Part shown: positions 35,935-48,725 of the stretch, in pieces
How the letters are laid out: every line of letters starts with the position of its first letter
Numbering within the stretch: the stretch's first letter is position 1
Position numbers and translations under genes: made by a program
NCBI GenBank assembly: GCA_002269645.1
Contig: NIVC01001269.1
Location: forward strand, 62,001 to 126,000
Direction of reading: 5' to 3'
From: Macrostomum lignano
Lineage: Eukaryota
Length of the DNA stretch: 64,000 nucleotides
Notes under the pieces: model-generated
What the model was told of the DNA's origin: nothing
The model's input: the letters and a program-made list of their open reading frames with translations, nothing else
The model's database searches: none

Positions 35935-38492
35935 AGACTGTTGCCATATCTTAGCTAATGGTGAATAACGGACTGTTGCCATATCTTAGCTAATGGTGAA
36001 TAACGGACTGTTGCCATATCTTAGCTAATGGTTAATCAAGGACTGTTGCCATATCTTAGCTAATGGTTAATCAAGGACTGTTGCCATATCTTAGCTAATG
36101 GTGAATAACGGACTGTTGCCATATCTTAGCTAATGGTTAATCATGGACTGTTGCCATATCTTAGCTAATGGTTAATCATGGACTGTTGCCATATCTTAGC
36201 TAATGGTTAATCATGGACTGTTGCCATATCTTAGCTAATGGTTAATCACGGACTGTTGCCATATCTTAGCTAATGGTTAATCATGGACTGTTGCCATATC
36301 TTAGCTAATGGTGAATAACGGACTGTTGCCATATCTTAGCTAATGGTTAATCATGGACTGTTGCCATATCTTAGCTAATGGTTAATCATGGACTGTTGCC
36401 ATATCTTAGCTAATGGTTAATCACGGACTGTTGCCATATCTTAGCTAATGGTTAATCAAGGACTGTTGCCATATCTTAGCTAATGGTTAATCATGGACTG
36501 TTGCCATATCTTAGCTAATGGTTAATCATGGACTGTTGCCATATCTTAGCTAATGGTTAATCATGGACTGTTGCCATATCTTAGCTAATGGTTAATCACG
36601 GACTGTTGCCATATCTTAGCTAATGGTTAATCAAGGACTGTTGCCATATCTTAGCTAATGGTTAATCATGGACTGTTGCCATATCTTAGCTAATGTTTAA
36701 TCATGGACTGTTGCCATATCTTAGCTAATGGTTAATCATGGACTGTTGCCATATCTTAGCTAATGGTTAATCATGGACTGTTGCCATATCTTAGCTAATG
36801 GTTAATCATGGACTGTTGCCATATCTTAGCTAATGGTTAATCATGGACTGTTGCCATATCTTAGCTAATGGTTAATCACGGACTGTTGCCATATCTTAGC
36901 TAATGGTTAATCATAGCCTGTTGCCATATCTTAGCTAATGGTTAATCAAGGACTGTTGCCATATCTTAGCTAATGGTTAATCAAGGACTGTTGCCATATC
37001 TTAGCTAATGGTTAATCACGGACTGTTGCCATATCTTAGCTAATGGTTAATCACGGACTGTTGCCATATCTTAGCTAATGGTTAATCATGGACTGTTGCC
37101 ATATCTTAGCTAATGGTTAATCACGGACTGTTGCCATATCTTAGCTAATGGTTAATCATAGCCTGTTGCCATATCTTAGCTAATGGTTAATCACGGACTG
37201 TTGCCATATCTTAGCTAATGGTTAATCAAGGACTGTTGCCATATCTTAGCTAATGGTTAATCATGGACTGTTGCCATATCTTAGCTAATGGTTAATCACG
37301 GACTGTTGCCATATCTTAGCTAATGGTTAATCACGGACTGTTGCCATATCTTAGCTAATGGTTAATCATGGACTGTTGCCATATCTTAGCTAATGGTTAA
37401 TCATGGACTGTTGCCATATCTTAGCTAATGGTTAATCACGGACTGTTGCCATATCTTAGCTAATGGTTAATCATGGACTGTTGCCATATCTTAGCTAATG
37501 GTTAATCAAGGACTGTTGCCATATCTTAGCTAATGGTTAATCATGGACTGTTGCCATATCTTAGCTAATGGTTAATCACGGACTGTTGCCATATCTTAGC
37601 TAATGGTTAATCACGGACTGTTGCCATATCTTAGCTAATGGTTAATCATGGACTGTTGCCATATCTTAGCTAATGGTTAATCACGGACTGTTGCCATATC
37701 TTAGCTAATGGTTAATCATGGACTGTTGCCATATCTTAGCTAATGGTTAATCACGGACTGTTGCCATATCTTAGCTAATGGTTAATCACGGACTGTTGCC
37801 ATATCTTAGCTAATGGTTAATCATGGACTGTTGCCATATCTTAGCTAATGGTTAATCACGGACTGTTGCCATATCTTAGCTAATGGTTAATCATGGACTG
37901 TTGCCATATCTTAGCTAATGGTGAATAACGGACTTTTGCCATATCTTAGCTAATGGTTAATCAAGGACTGTTGCCATATCTTAGCTAATGGTGAATAACG
38001 GACTGTTGCCATATCTTAGCTAATGGTTAATCATGGACTGTTGCCATATCTTAGCTAATGGTTAATCAAGGACTGTTGCCATATCTTAGCTAATGGTTAA
38101 TCATGGACTGTTGCCATATCTTAGCTAATGGTTAATCAAGGACTGTTGCCATATCTTAGCTAATGGTTAATCATGGACTGTTGCCATATTTTAGCTAATG
38201 GTTAATCAAGGACTGTTGCCATATCTTAGCTAATGGTTAATCACGGACTGTTGCCATATCTTAGCTAATGGTTAATCATGGACTGTTGCCATATCTTAGC
38301 TAATGGTTAATCAAGGACTGTTGCCATATCTTAGCTAATGGTTAATCAAGGACTGTTGCCATATCTTAGCTAATGGTTAATCATGGACTGTTGCCATATC
38401 TTAGCTAATGGTTAATCACGGACTGTTGCCATATCTTAGCTAATGGTTAATCAAGGACTGTTGCCATATCTTAGCTAATGGTTAATCATGGA
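35935..38492. repeat. 35-bp satellite (GACTGTTGCCATATCTTAGCTAATGGTTAATCATG), about 73 highly homogeneous copies
   Basis: Directly visible; variation almost confined to CATG/CACG/CAAG at one site. Confidence 0.98.
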
Positions 38493-38709
38493 CGGCTTCT
38501 ATATCTTAGCCTAATGGTAATTTAGGTAGTACTATACGCAGATACAGAAGTAATACAGCATATGATAGACAAATCTATTAACTTCTAACACATAAGAAAT
38601 AAACTAAATAAATATGCTATTGATATTGTGGAACGTTAGTAACACGCGCAAACGAGGGAAGACAAAAATCTACTCGTCAGTAGTTGAACAGTTAAAAGTC
38701 GCACTCGTA

Positions 38710-40112
38710 CTACTTAGAGTAGTTGCGCTCGCCAAATATTGTACTGCCGACGCGTACATTTGTACTGCCCATTTTTATCTAAAATTTTAATGGAGGAAAA
38801 TTAAATACGCAAAATATTCAAATGACACTACTGACAATCAGACCGATAAGTAGAAAGTAAGACATTTGTTTTTAAAATAAAAATAAAAATCAAACTCACG
38901 GCCAATTCAAAATCGGACGACATCCCCATGCTCAGCTCCAGCTGCTCCTCGCCGCCAAGTTTCAATGCCGCGGTGAGCTCGCGGCGGCACAAAACCAGCC
39001 GTTCAAAATCCGCGTTGCCATCCTCAGCTTGATGCGAAGCTTCCAACGAACCAATTGTCATGAGGCCGGCTAGGCTAATTGCCGGGCAATTTTCTAGCAA
39101 GTGGCCGGCCAAACCGACCACTTGGTTGGGCTGGCAGCCGTACTTCTGCTCCTCGTTGCTTGTGTTCACCTGGATACACGTTGGAGGTTAGGGTAGAGGC
39201 GAGTGAGAGTACTTTAGGGGTAGAGGGGAATGAATGTACATTATTAGGGGTAGAGGGGAATGAATGTACATTGTTAGGGGTAGAATGGAATGAATGTACA
39301 TTATTAGGGGTAGATAGGAATGAATGTACATTATTAGGGGTACGAATATTGAAGGCTCAGTGTACATTAATGGGTAGAATAGTGGGGCTGAGTGTTCATG
39401 TAGATTGGGGGAAGAAAATTTGGGGGCTGAGTGTACATAGGGGGTAGAGGGAAATGAGTGTACATCAAGAGGTAGGAACAGAGTGGTTTGCGTGTACATT
39501 AGGGGGTAGAAATAGAAAAAGTGCAGGAGTTGAGTGAGTGTGCGTATGTGGGGTTGAGGTTTAGGTTGGGATCAGGATTAGATTGGGATGAGATGTAGGT
39601 TGTTAACAGACGTTAATTTTACTATAAACAACTGAAAATGGTGAATAAAGCTAATCCGTCACACTGAGCACATGTCTCACCTGAATAAACACTCTCAATT
39701 GACTACCCGACTCATAGGCGGAGGTCTTGGTCCACTCTTTGTGCAGCAGATTTGCTAATTTTTCAGAATCTACCGTTTCCATAGTATCCAAATTGTTAAC
39801 CTGGGATAAACGTTTCACATTCTTTGACTGACAATGACCGATAAAATGCCAGCGAATGTCCGGGCACTGCGACTGGATCTCGGGGCTGTGGGATTTCTCG
39901 TACAATTCTTGAACATAGTTCTCGCCAAAGTGCCTCTGGCCAGCCGAGTAGGCGGCTACAATATCGGATATCGGCTTGGTTTTCGACACGGCAACCAAGC
40001 GAGGGAGCTGCTTGGCCGAGCCGCCCGAAGCTGCGGCAGCCGCGCTAGCGATTCGCTGGAGCACGGACTGAAGACGGGAGGCAACCTCGGTGCCGCCAGT
40101 GGCCACGGACAT
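38710..40112 (-). CDS. PLPBP: Pyridoxal phosphate homeostasis protein (YggS/PROSC family), 256 aa
   Basis: Exons 40112-39681, 39169-38900, 38778-38710 (all phase 0). Motifs LVAVSKTKP, GQRHFGENYVQE, WHFIGH, VNTSNEEQKYG, GLMTIG, LSMGMSSDFELA, GSTNVRVGSTIFGER. Confidence 0.96.
39210..39335. repeat. 30-bp minisatellite in PLPBP intron 1
   Basis: TGAATGTACATTATTAGGGGTAGAGGGGAA, about 4 copies. Confidence 0.85.
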
Positions 40113-40139
40113 TTCTTGCTGCTGTGGCATGCATAACAA

Positions 40140-41258
40140 AGATACCCCCAGCATTGGAATACAGATACCCACAGTAGCGGAATATAGATACCCACAGCAG
40201 CGGAATATAGATACCCACACCCTGGAATATAGATACCCACAGCAGCGGAATATAGATACCCACAGCAGCGGAATATAGATACCCACAGCAGCGGAATATA
40301 GATACCCACAGCGCTGGGATATAGATACCCACAGCACTGGGATATAGATACCCACAGCACAGGAATATAGATACCCACAGCACTGGGATATAGATACCCA
40401 CAGCACTGGAATATAGATACCCACAGCAGCGGAATATAGATACCCACAGCACTGGGATATAGATACCCACAGCACTGGGATATAGATACCCACACCACAG
40501 GAATATAGATACCCACAGCACAGGAATATAGATACCCACAACACTAGAATATAGATACCCACAGCAGCGAAATATAGATACCCACAGAACAGGAATATAG
40601 ATACCCACAGCACTGGAATATAGATACCCACAGCACTGGGATATAGATACCCACAGCACTGGGATATAGATACCCACAGCACAGGAATATAGATACCCAC
40701 AGCACTGGGATATAGATACCCACAGCACTGGAATATAGATACCCACAGCACTGGGATATAGATACCCACAGCACTGGGATATAGATACCCACAGCACTGG
40801 GATATAGATACCCACAGCACTGGGATATAGATACCCACAGCACTGGGATATAGATACCCACAGCACTGGAATATAGATACCCACAGCAGCGGAATATAGA
40901 TACCCACAGCACTGGGATATAGATACCCACAGCACAGGAATATAGATACCCACAACACTGGAATATAGATACCCACAGCACTGGGATATAGATACCCACA
41001 GCACAGGAATATAGATACCCACAACACTGGAATATAGATACCCACAGCAGCGGAATATAGATACCCACAGCACAGGAATATAGATACCCACAGCACAGGA
41101 ATATAGATACCCACAACACTCAAATATAGATACCCACAACACTCGAATATAGATACCCACAGCACAGGAATATAGATACCCACAGCACAGGAATATAGAT
41201 ACCCACAGCACAGGAATATAGATACCCACAGCACAGGAATATAGATACCCACAGCAGC
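40140..41258. repeat. 22-bp minisatellite (ATATAGATACCCACAGCACTGG) directly upstream of the PLPBP ATG
   Basis: Directly visible; about 50 copies. Confidence 0.96.
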
Positions 41259-42049
41259 ACCTTAGCTCATAAATCAAGATAGCTTAATAAGCCAGCTAAA
41301 ACTGTGTTACATAATCAGATCAAATTATCACATAAAAAAGACATCACTAATCCATGGCAAAATTCAGTGCATATTTTATCTACAAATCCTTTTTTATACA
41401 CGAGGCCTTTAAAAACACAAAAATAATGCTTGCGAACATCAGTGTAAAAAAACAATAATGGAAACAAATAAAAAATGTGCTAATGCGTAATATCGCAGAT
41501 AAAAGTAACTGAGCAAGTGCAGTACATGTACTTTTAACTAATTCGCGTAGATCATAAAAATGAAGGTGACACAGTGGTAAAAAATAATCAGCCACATCAG
41601 ATTTGCATTGGTGCGTCAGGGAGTTTGAGAGCATTAAATAATAATATTTTTCCTTTTAGATTTACAACCATTGCGCGTGAAATTTGATTAATTATTTCGA
41701 AGTGTTGTTATTATACTACTGAAAATACAATGTGCATAATATATATACAGTAAAATTATCTTTTGTACAAAGATTACAGCAACAATGAGGACAGAATTGC
41801 CATAACGCTGCGATCTGCGGAATCTCACAGAAAAAAATATGGGAATCTCAGTTAACAAAGGAGAATACCTAAAAAGCAAGATGCATCTCAAAACGAAGGA
41901 AATTCTTTGCAGCAAATTATAATTCTCACGACAGGGGGGACCTCAAAACAAAGAATCGCACATGAAAGGGAATCCTCGAACGATAGGAAATCTCAAATTC
42001 ATGATGGCAAACTTCAGAGCAAGGGAATCTTAAAGAAACGGAGAATCAC

Positions 42050-42490
42050 ACAGCATAGAGAATTTCAGCAATGGGGAATCTCAAAATAAGGGAAATCTCA
42101 CATCAAGGGAACCCTAAGGCAAGGGAAATCTCACATCAAGGGAACCCTAAAGCAAGGGGAATCCCAAGACAAGGGGAATCTCAAAACAAGGGGAATTTCC
42201 AAACAAGGGGAATCCCAAGACAAGGGGAATTTCCAAACAAAGGGGAATCTCAAAGCAATGGGAATTTCTAAACAAGGGGAACCTAAAGACAAGGGGAATC
42301 TCAAAACAAGGGGATTTCCAAAGTGGAATCTCAAAACAAGGGAATTTCCAAACAAGGGGAATCTCAAAACAAGGGGAATCTCAAAACAAGGGGAATTTCA
42401 AAACAAGGGGAATCTCAAAACAAGGGGAATCTCAAAACAAGGGGAATCTCAAAACAAGGGGAATCTCAAAACAAGGGGAATCTCAAAACA
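42050..42490. repeat. 17-bp minisatellite (CAAGGGGAATCTCAAAA)
   Basis: Directly visible. Confidence 0.9.
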
Positions 42491-42630
42491 ATAAAAATAG
42501 GGTAAGAATGACATGACAACACAAACTTTAAATCTACGATAGAAATAATGTAAAAAACTTATCTAATAAACTTCAAAGTAAGAAGCCGGTAAATTCTGTT
42601 ACCGCTGTTAACGAAAACCCTTCAAACCCT

Positions 42631-43080
42631 TCAAAAAGAATTCGGAGCAACAGCGTTTAGATCGCGAAACACGGTGGAATTCTTTCGTTTCCTTGACAAC
42701 GCCGCAATGCTTTCCAATACGCCGCCGCCGGGCGAAACAGAAGCGGCGGTGGAGTCAGCAGCCCGCGGCTTCGGCAGGCACTCGGCCAGCAGAATGCCGC
42801 CAGATTGTCCCAATCCGTCTTCTCTGACATCGTCACAGAGCTTCATTCGTTTTGGCGGACTCGGACAGCACAGCCCCGCGTGTTTGTAACTTTTGTCTTT
42901 GTCTCTGTCCCCATCGGACTGGCCGGTATTGCCTAAGCAGGCGGCGCTGGTCTTTGTTGGAGATCGAGAGGGGAACAGCAGCAGGCTGGGGAAATTTCTG
43001 CTAAGCCATGAGGTCCCGATGGCGCCCGTGTTATTGGCGCGGCAATTGATACCGCTTTTACACCTGTCTGCCCCGCACAT
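42631..43080 (-). CDS. Putative orphan protein (149 aa) with NLS-like PPKRMKL and RKRK
   Basis: GC-rich non-repetitive ORF with gccATG start in an AT-rich or repetitive background, co-oriented with neighbours; no family recognised. Confidence 0.35.
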   Translation of the reverse strand: MCGADRCKSGINCRANNTGAIGTSWLSRNFPSLLLFPSRSPTKTSAACLGNTGQSDGDRDKDKSYKHAGLCCPSPPKRMKLCDDVREDGLGQSGGILLAECLPKPRAADSTAASVSPGGGVLESIAALSRKRKNSTVFRDLNAVAPNSF

Positions 43081-43224
43081 GGCTTTCAGTTATTACTTGC
43101 TTGAGTAGTGATTTTAAGTCTGCGACGCAGTTGCGCGTGCTAGTTTGAGAAAGCTCTGAAAATATTGTTAGCATGAACTTAAGCTTGCATTGTTTGTAAA
43201 TCAATTATCAGATCCACTTGTTCA

Positions 43225-43561
43225 TCCGCCTCTCTGTCTGTCTGTCTGTCTGTCTGTCTGCCTGTCTGTCTGTCTGTCTGTCTGTGTCTGTCTGGCTGGC
43301 TGGCTGGCTATCTATCTGTATGTCTTGTCTGTCTGTTTGTCTGCCTGCCTGTCTGTCTGTCTGCCTGTGTCTGTCTGGCTGGCTGGCTATCTATCTATCT
43401 GTATGTCTCTGTCTGTCTGCATGCCTGTCTGTCTGTCTGCCCGTTTTTATGTCTGCCCATTTGTCTGCCTGCCTGTCTGTCTGGCTATCTATCTGTCTGT
43501 CTGATTGTCTGTCTGTCTCTCTCTGTCTGTCTGTCTATCTGCCTGTCTGTCTGGCTATCTA

Positions 43562-43596
<35 letters not shown>

Positions 43597-43900
43597 CTCT
43601 CTGTCTGTCTGTCTATCTGCCTGTCTGTCTGGCTATCTATCTGTCTGTCTGTTTGTCTGTCTTTCTCCATTTCTCCCTCCCTCCCCATCTGTCTGTCTGT
43701 CTGCTGTCTGTCTGGCTATCTGTCTGTCTGTCTGTTTGTCTGTCTTTCTCCATTTCTCCCTCCCTCCCCATCTGTCTGTCTGTCTGCTGTCTGTCTGGCT
43801 ATCTGTCTGTCTGTATGTGTCTGTCTTTCTCCATTTCTCTCTCCCTCCCCATCTGTCTGTCTGTCTGCTGTCTGCTGTCTGTCTGCCTGCCTGCCAGCCT
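43225..43900. repeat. Degenerate (TCTG)n microsatellite
   Basis: Directly visible. Confidence 0.93.
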
Positions 43901-44214
43901 GCTTGCCAGAAAAGAATGTTACGCGCTTTTTAATCTAGCTGAGATACTGGACCACTGAAAATTTTCCTACGAGTAAACTGCCCTAAATGAAAAGTAAATA
44001 AATGAATAAACGAAAATTTGACCTACAAAATCCCAAGCTGTCGTGATGATGCTGGCTTTATTAAAAACACCTGATACAATACACAAAATTAGTATTGATA
44101 GAACAGGCTTTCAAACGCCGACACAAATGCGACGCCGTAACGAAATGCGAAAGAGACAAGTACAGAACCATATGCTTAATTCCAAGCTATAATCAAGGAC
44201 ATACATATTGACAC

Positions 44215-44945
44215 CACAGGTACTAGAATAGCTACGCTTTCGTCTATTTTTTTCAGTTTCATGATTAACATTTTTGCTATTTTATTTGCTCAAATAAAAA
44301 ACACTACATTTTACAACTTTCTACAATTTTTGAAGCTGATAACAAGCAGACCCACTTACGCTCGTAATTGGCATCTTTAACTTGAAAAAAAGTTGAAAGT
44401 TAAAAAAACTTGAAAATCCAGCGCGTGTGCATACCAAACAAGCGAGAAAAGAGGTGGGCCCCAGCCCAGCCAGTCTGATAAACAGTTAGGCTTTCCTTTT
44501 GCCCGATGGTGTCTGACTCTCCTTACTGATCTCTCATTGGCTGAGCTAGATTGGGCCTGCGCCCTAGGTTGAGTTTCGTCCGTCTGACTTTGACCTCTCT
44601 CCTTACTGCTCTCTCATTGGCTGAGCTAGATTGGGCCTGCGCCCTAGGTTGAGTTTCGTCCGTCTGACTTTGACCTCTCTCCTTACTGCTCTCTCATTGG
44701 CTGAGCTAGATTGGGCCTGCGCCCTAGGTTGAGTTTCGTCCGTCTGACTTTGACATCTGTCCTTCCTTACTGCTCTCTCATTGGCTGAGCTAGATTGGGC
44801 CTGCGCGCTAGGTTGAGTTTCGTTCGTCTGACTTTGACCTCTCTCCTTACTGCTCTCTCATTGGCTGAGCTAGATTGGGCCTGCCCCCTAGGCTGAGTTT
44901 TGTCCGCCTTGCGTTCACTTGTGTAAATAGAGTTAAATGCTTGTT
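44215..44945 (-). mobile_element. Dispersed repeat with 80-bp CCAAT tandem units (copy B, inverted relative to copy A)
   Basis: CATTGGCTGAGCTAGATTGGGCCTGCGCCCTAGG units with 80-bp period; flanks align with the reverse complement of 30535-31815 minus the hAT insertion. Confidence 0.65.
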
Positions 44946-45131
44946 GTTCATTTTAACCCCCTATGCTCCTGAGGCTTTTAAATCCCGAGGCAAAGAAATT
45001 TTAGCTACCATATTTAATTAGAGTAACACTGAGCAGACAAACTAATGATAAGAGTAGATAGTTCTGATTTTTCACAACTTTAACTGCGAGTGGTCAATCT
45101 AGTATTTATAATTGACACTGGAAGCGAAGCA

Positions 45132-48100
45132 TTAGGCCTGGGAAAACTCCACTACAGTTTGAACAAAACTATCGAAATCTTCAGAGACGACCTTAGCCGA
45201 CTTCTTAGCATTGATAATTTGGCACAATAACTCTGGTATTGGAGGAGCGGATGCTTGAACTGAGTCGCTATGCTCGGACAGCAGTTCGCCAGTGAGACGC
45301 AGCACCAACAGTTGAAGGTCGCCAATACCATCTTCATCATCATCATCAGCATCCTCGGCAATATTCGAATCGAATTCATTCGGCGAACAGCTGACAATAT
45401 GACGCAACGAATTGACAATCAAAGCCTGAGCTACAGAGCAGCTAGGCGTAGGACTCAAATTCAATAACAGGCTTAGCCTCAGAGAGGCGAGGCCAAGCAC
45501 TAGAATGGACAAGAAGTTGTTGGCACACAAACGATTATTTCCAGAGCCAATTGAAACAGTCAGATAGTCTGTCAGACTAGCTATCATGTCAGTCAGTTGT
45601 TGGCCATCAAAGCACAAGTTGGAGGCGTCCTCTTCAGCCGAGTGCATCTGACCCAGAGTGAGGTTCAGCAGCACATTCGCCAGAGGAGACAGGGCGCTGG
45701 ACGATGAGGCAGCAAGTTGACGAGCGAGACAGTCAGACATCAGGTAGCGAACTAACTGGCGACTACTCTTGCGAAGAAGCTCGACGCCATCGTCTGAGGA
45801 GGTGAGGGTGCACAGGTAGGGCAGGGCGGCTCTGCGGGAGGTTCAATAAGCATGTCTGAGGTTATAGTCTAGTGATAATATGATTTATGATTTAGATCTA
45901 TTTTAGATCTATGATTTATGATTTATTAATAAATCTTCATGGATAGCAACCCCATTTTAATTTTTTATCCTTAATTGAGCACTTGCAGATCATCACATAT
46001 CTACATAGACTGAGTTACCTGGCAACGTCATCAGCATCCTCAGAATCCACGGCATCGTTCGGTCCTTCAGCTCCCATCAGCCAGCCAAGCAGCTGTACAA
46101 ACGCGCCCCGCTTACGACAGCTCTTGCTGTTGAATTCATCATCATTGCCCACCCGTTCGCGAATCTGTTCGGCAAGTTCATCGCCTTCGCTCAGCCACAG
46201 GCAGAGGCAGCGGGAGCAGGCGGCCAAGAACAGTCGCTGAGGCCGATTCGAACCAGCGTAAGCAGCTGTCAGCGGCGATTTCATAACTGCAGAAGCTCCA
46301 GCAACAAGACGATCCAATAGAAGATCAAAAGCGTCGCTGAGACGAGTAAGTAATCGCTCAAAATAATCCGGTCGTTGATCGGCGCCACGGTCCGATTGCT
46401 GCTGCTCCAACAATCGGCGAATAGTTTCTTCTAGTAGAACGAAACAAGCGCCAAGAGTTTCGCGATGCTGCGAACTCGCGATTACAAGTTCAAATGCTCG
46501 GTCGCTTTCGTCCGCAAGATTTAATCGGACATCAACTTCCAAAGCGGCCAACGAGCCGATCAGGTAGAGCAGCTCCGATTCGGCCACTGCACCAGAGCTC
46601 GCCTTGCTATCAACAATGTCCGCAAGACCACGCTTGCTAGCCGAAGCTAAATTGGCTAATAGCGACAGACTGACAGCTCGAAGACTGCGGTTGCCAAGGA
46701 GACTGGGCATCAAAGGACGCAACTGCTCGGTTAGACGACCAGACGAAATTGTGACGCAGTTTGGCGTAACGTAGGACAACAGCTGACTGACGAATTCGAG
46801 GATATCCGCCGTGCCGGGTAATTGGGAATCCTCGGTCGGGGATTTCCCTTGGGATTCCCCGCTTGAGGATTTCCCTTGGGATTCCCCGGATTGGGTTTTC
46901 CCTTGGGAATCATCAGTTGGGGATTTCCCTTGGGATTCCCCACGTGAAGAGTTCCCTTGATCGGACTGCTTTGTCTTGGACAGTTCAGCTTGAAACTCTT
47001 CGACAAGCTCAGCGGTTAGGTTAGAGAGCAGCTTGTCAACAGATGGAGCCACTCGATCAAGCATGCCGGCAAAAGCGCACCGATCCAACGCCACCAGCGC
47101 TAGCCTCAGGCTGCTATCCCACTCCGGCAGCCGGTTGAGCACAGATTCCACAAGAGTTCCCACTAGCGGCGAATCTGCCAAGAACTCTCTGCACTGATCC
47201 AGCTCTAATCCACAGGCGATAAAGTACAGCGCCCGGTGAAGCTGCTCAACAAGTTGGCGAATCTCCTCGGATTGAGCGGCAGCCGGCTGCCACCGAGCCA
47301 GGCATCGGCAGAGGCCATTCAGCAGGTCGGGGAAATCCGCCCGGCCAGCCAGTCCGGCCAAGTCTCGCTCGGCCAAGTGTCCGATAATCGAGGCCGCGGC
47401 GGAGACGTGCGCCAGCGTGTCCGCATCGTCGCCGTCGCCCTCGCCGTCGCGGTCGACTAGAAGCAGGCGTAGCAAAAATTTGGTATCGATATGAGCAAAT
47501 ACTGAGCTGCTCTCGGGGGCGCTGAATGCGGCCAGCTGACGGGCGGTGAGCAGTAGAGCGGCCACCCGGTCATTGTCTGTGCCGGCTTTGGCCAGCGCCT
47601 TAGCGCATAGAGCTGCGGCTGATTGGCGCGACTGAAAAGTAAATTAGTAATATTTCAATATGCTGCTAAGAATCCTAATCGCACTACTTATAGCAGCATG
47701 GTCGGGAAACTCAACAGAGGTCTGCAAAAAGCCTCTCCAACCAGCCCTCGGGTCCTTTGAAACTTCACAATAACAATCCGGCCTGTGTCGCTTCTCCCCC
47801 TTCTCTCATCTCTCCTTTCTTGTCTCTTCTCTTCCCATTCTCTAATCTCTCTTTTCTCTCGCCCTTCTCTCTTCTCTCTCCATTCTATCTTCTCTCCTCT
47901 CTTCTCTCTCCATTCTATCTTCTCTCCTCTCTTCTCTCTTCTCTCTCCATTCTATCTTCTCTCCTCTCTTCTCTCTTCTCTCCCCTCTTCTCTCATCTCT
48001 CCTTTCTTCTCTCCCATTCTCTCTTGTCTCCCCCGCCCCTTCTCTCCCCCTTTCTCTTTTGTCTCCTCTCTTCTCTCATCTCTCCCCTCTTCTCTCATCT

Positions 48101-48364
48101 CTCCCCTATTCTTTCTTCTCTCCCCTCTTCTCTCTTCTCTCCTCCCTTTGCTCTTTTCCTCTCTATTCGCTTCTCTCTTCTCTCCTCCCTTTATCTTCTC
48201 ACTTCTCTCCCCTCTTTTCTCTCTCTCCTTATCTCTACTTCGTTTCCATCGCTCGTCTTATCTCTCAGTTCTTCGCCTCTCTCGCAATCTTACCTTTCAT
48301 TGCTAATCTTCTTCTCTCCTCTATCTCCCCTTTTCCTTCCCTCACTCGCCTGGCCCACAGCCAT
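45132..48364 (-). CDS. NCDN: Neurochondrin, about 775 aa
   Basis: Exons 48364-48350 (MAVGQ, tentative), 47631-46019, 45831-45132. CAKALAKAGTDNDRVAALLL resembles neurochondrin CL..L..A.ND..FAALLL; RCLCLWLSEG resembles R.LG.WLAEE; AALPYLCTLTSSDDGVELL resembles LLP..CHLT..D..RE.L. Confidence 0.8.
47785..48340. repeat. CT-rich low-complexity tract in NCDN intron 1
   Basis: Directly visible. Confidence 0.9.
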
Positions 48365-48725
48365 GAGCTGGATTCTTTATCTAGCGCTTGATATAAGTCT
48401 GCCGACCCCTGTCACATAGCAGAGGGGTGCAAATGAAAAAAATTCACAAAAGACGTTTAAAATCGTGAATTAGCTTTAAATGTGTGCTTATTATTTAAGA
48501 AAATTCAGTGTAAAAATATTATTAAAACTTATTATTCTGTAAATACAGAATTAGATAGAATACCGGATATGAAGCATGCAAACTATTGAAACAAAATCAT
48601 TCAATGGCAATGATTTATATATAAAAATCTGAATCTAATGGAATAATCAAACTCTTATTATAGAAATGCTTACTATTGATTCGAATAGCTCTTTACGAAT
48701 AGATAACGCTCGCAATAACTAATAT

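Noticed and set aside
39651-41277. 533-aa and 410-aa Cys-rich ORFs upstream of PLPBP
   Set aside because: 22-bp repeat fused in frame to PLPBP exon 1; family homology begins at ATG 40112.
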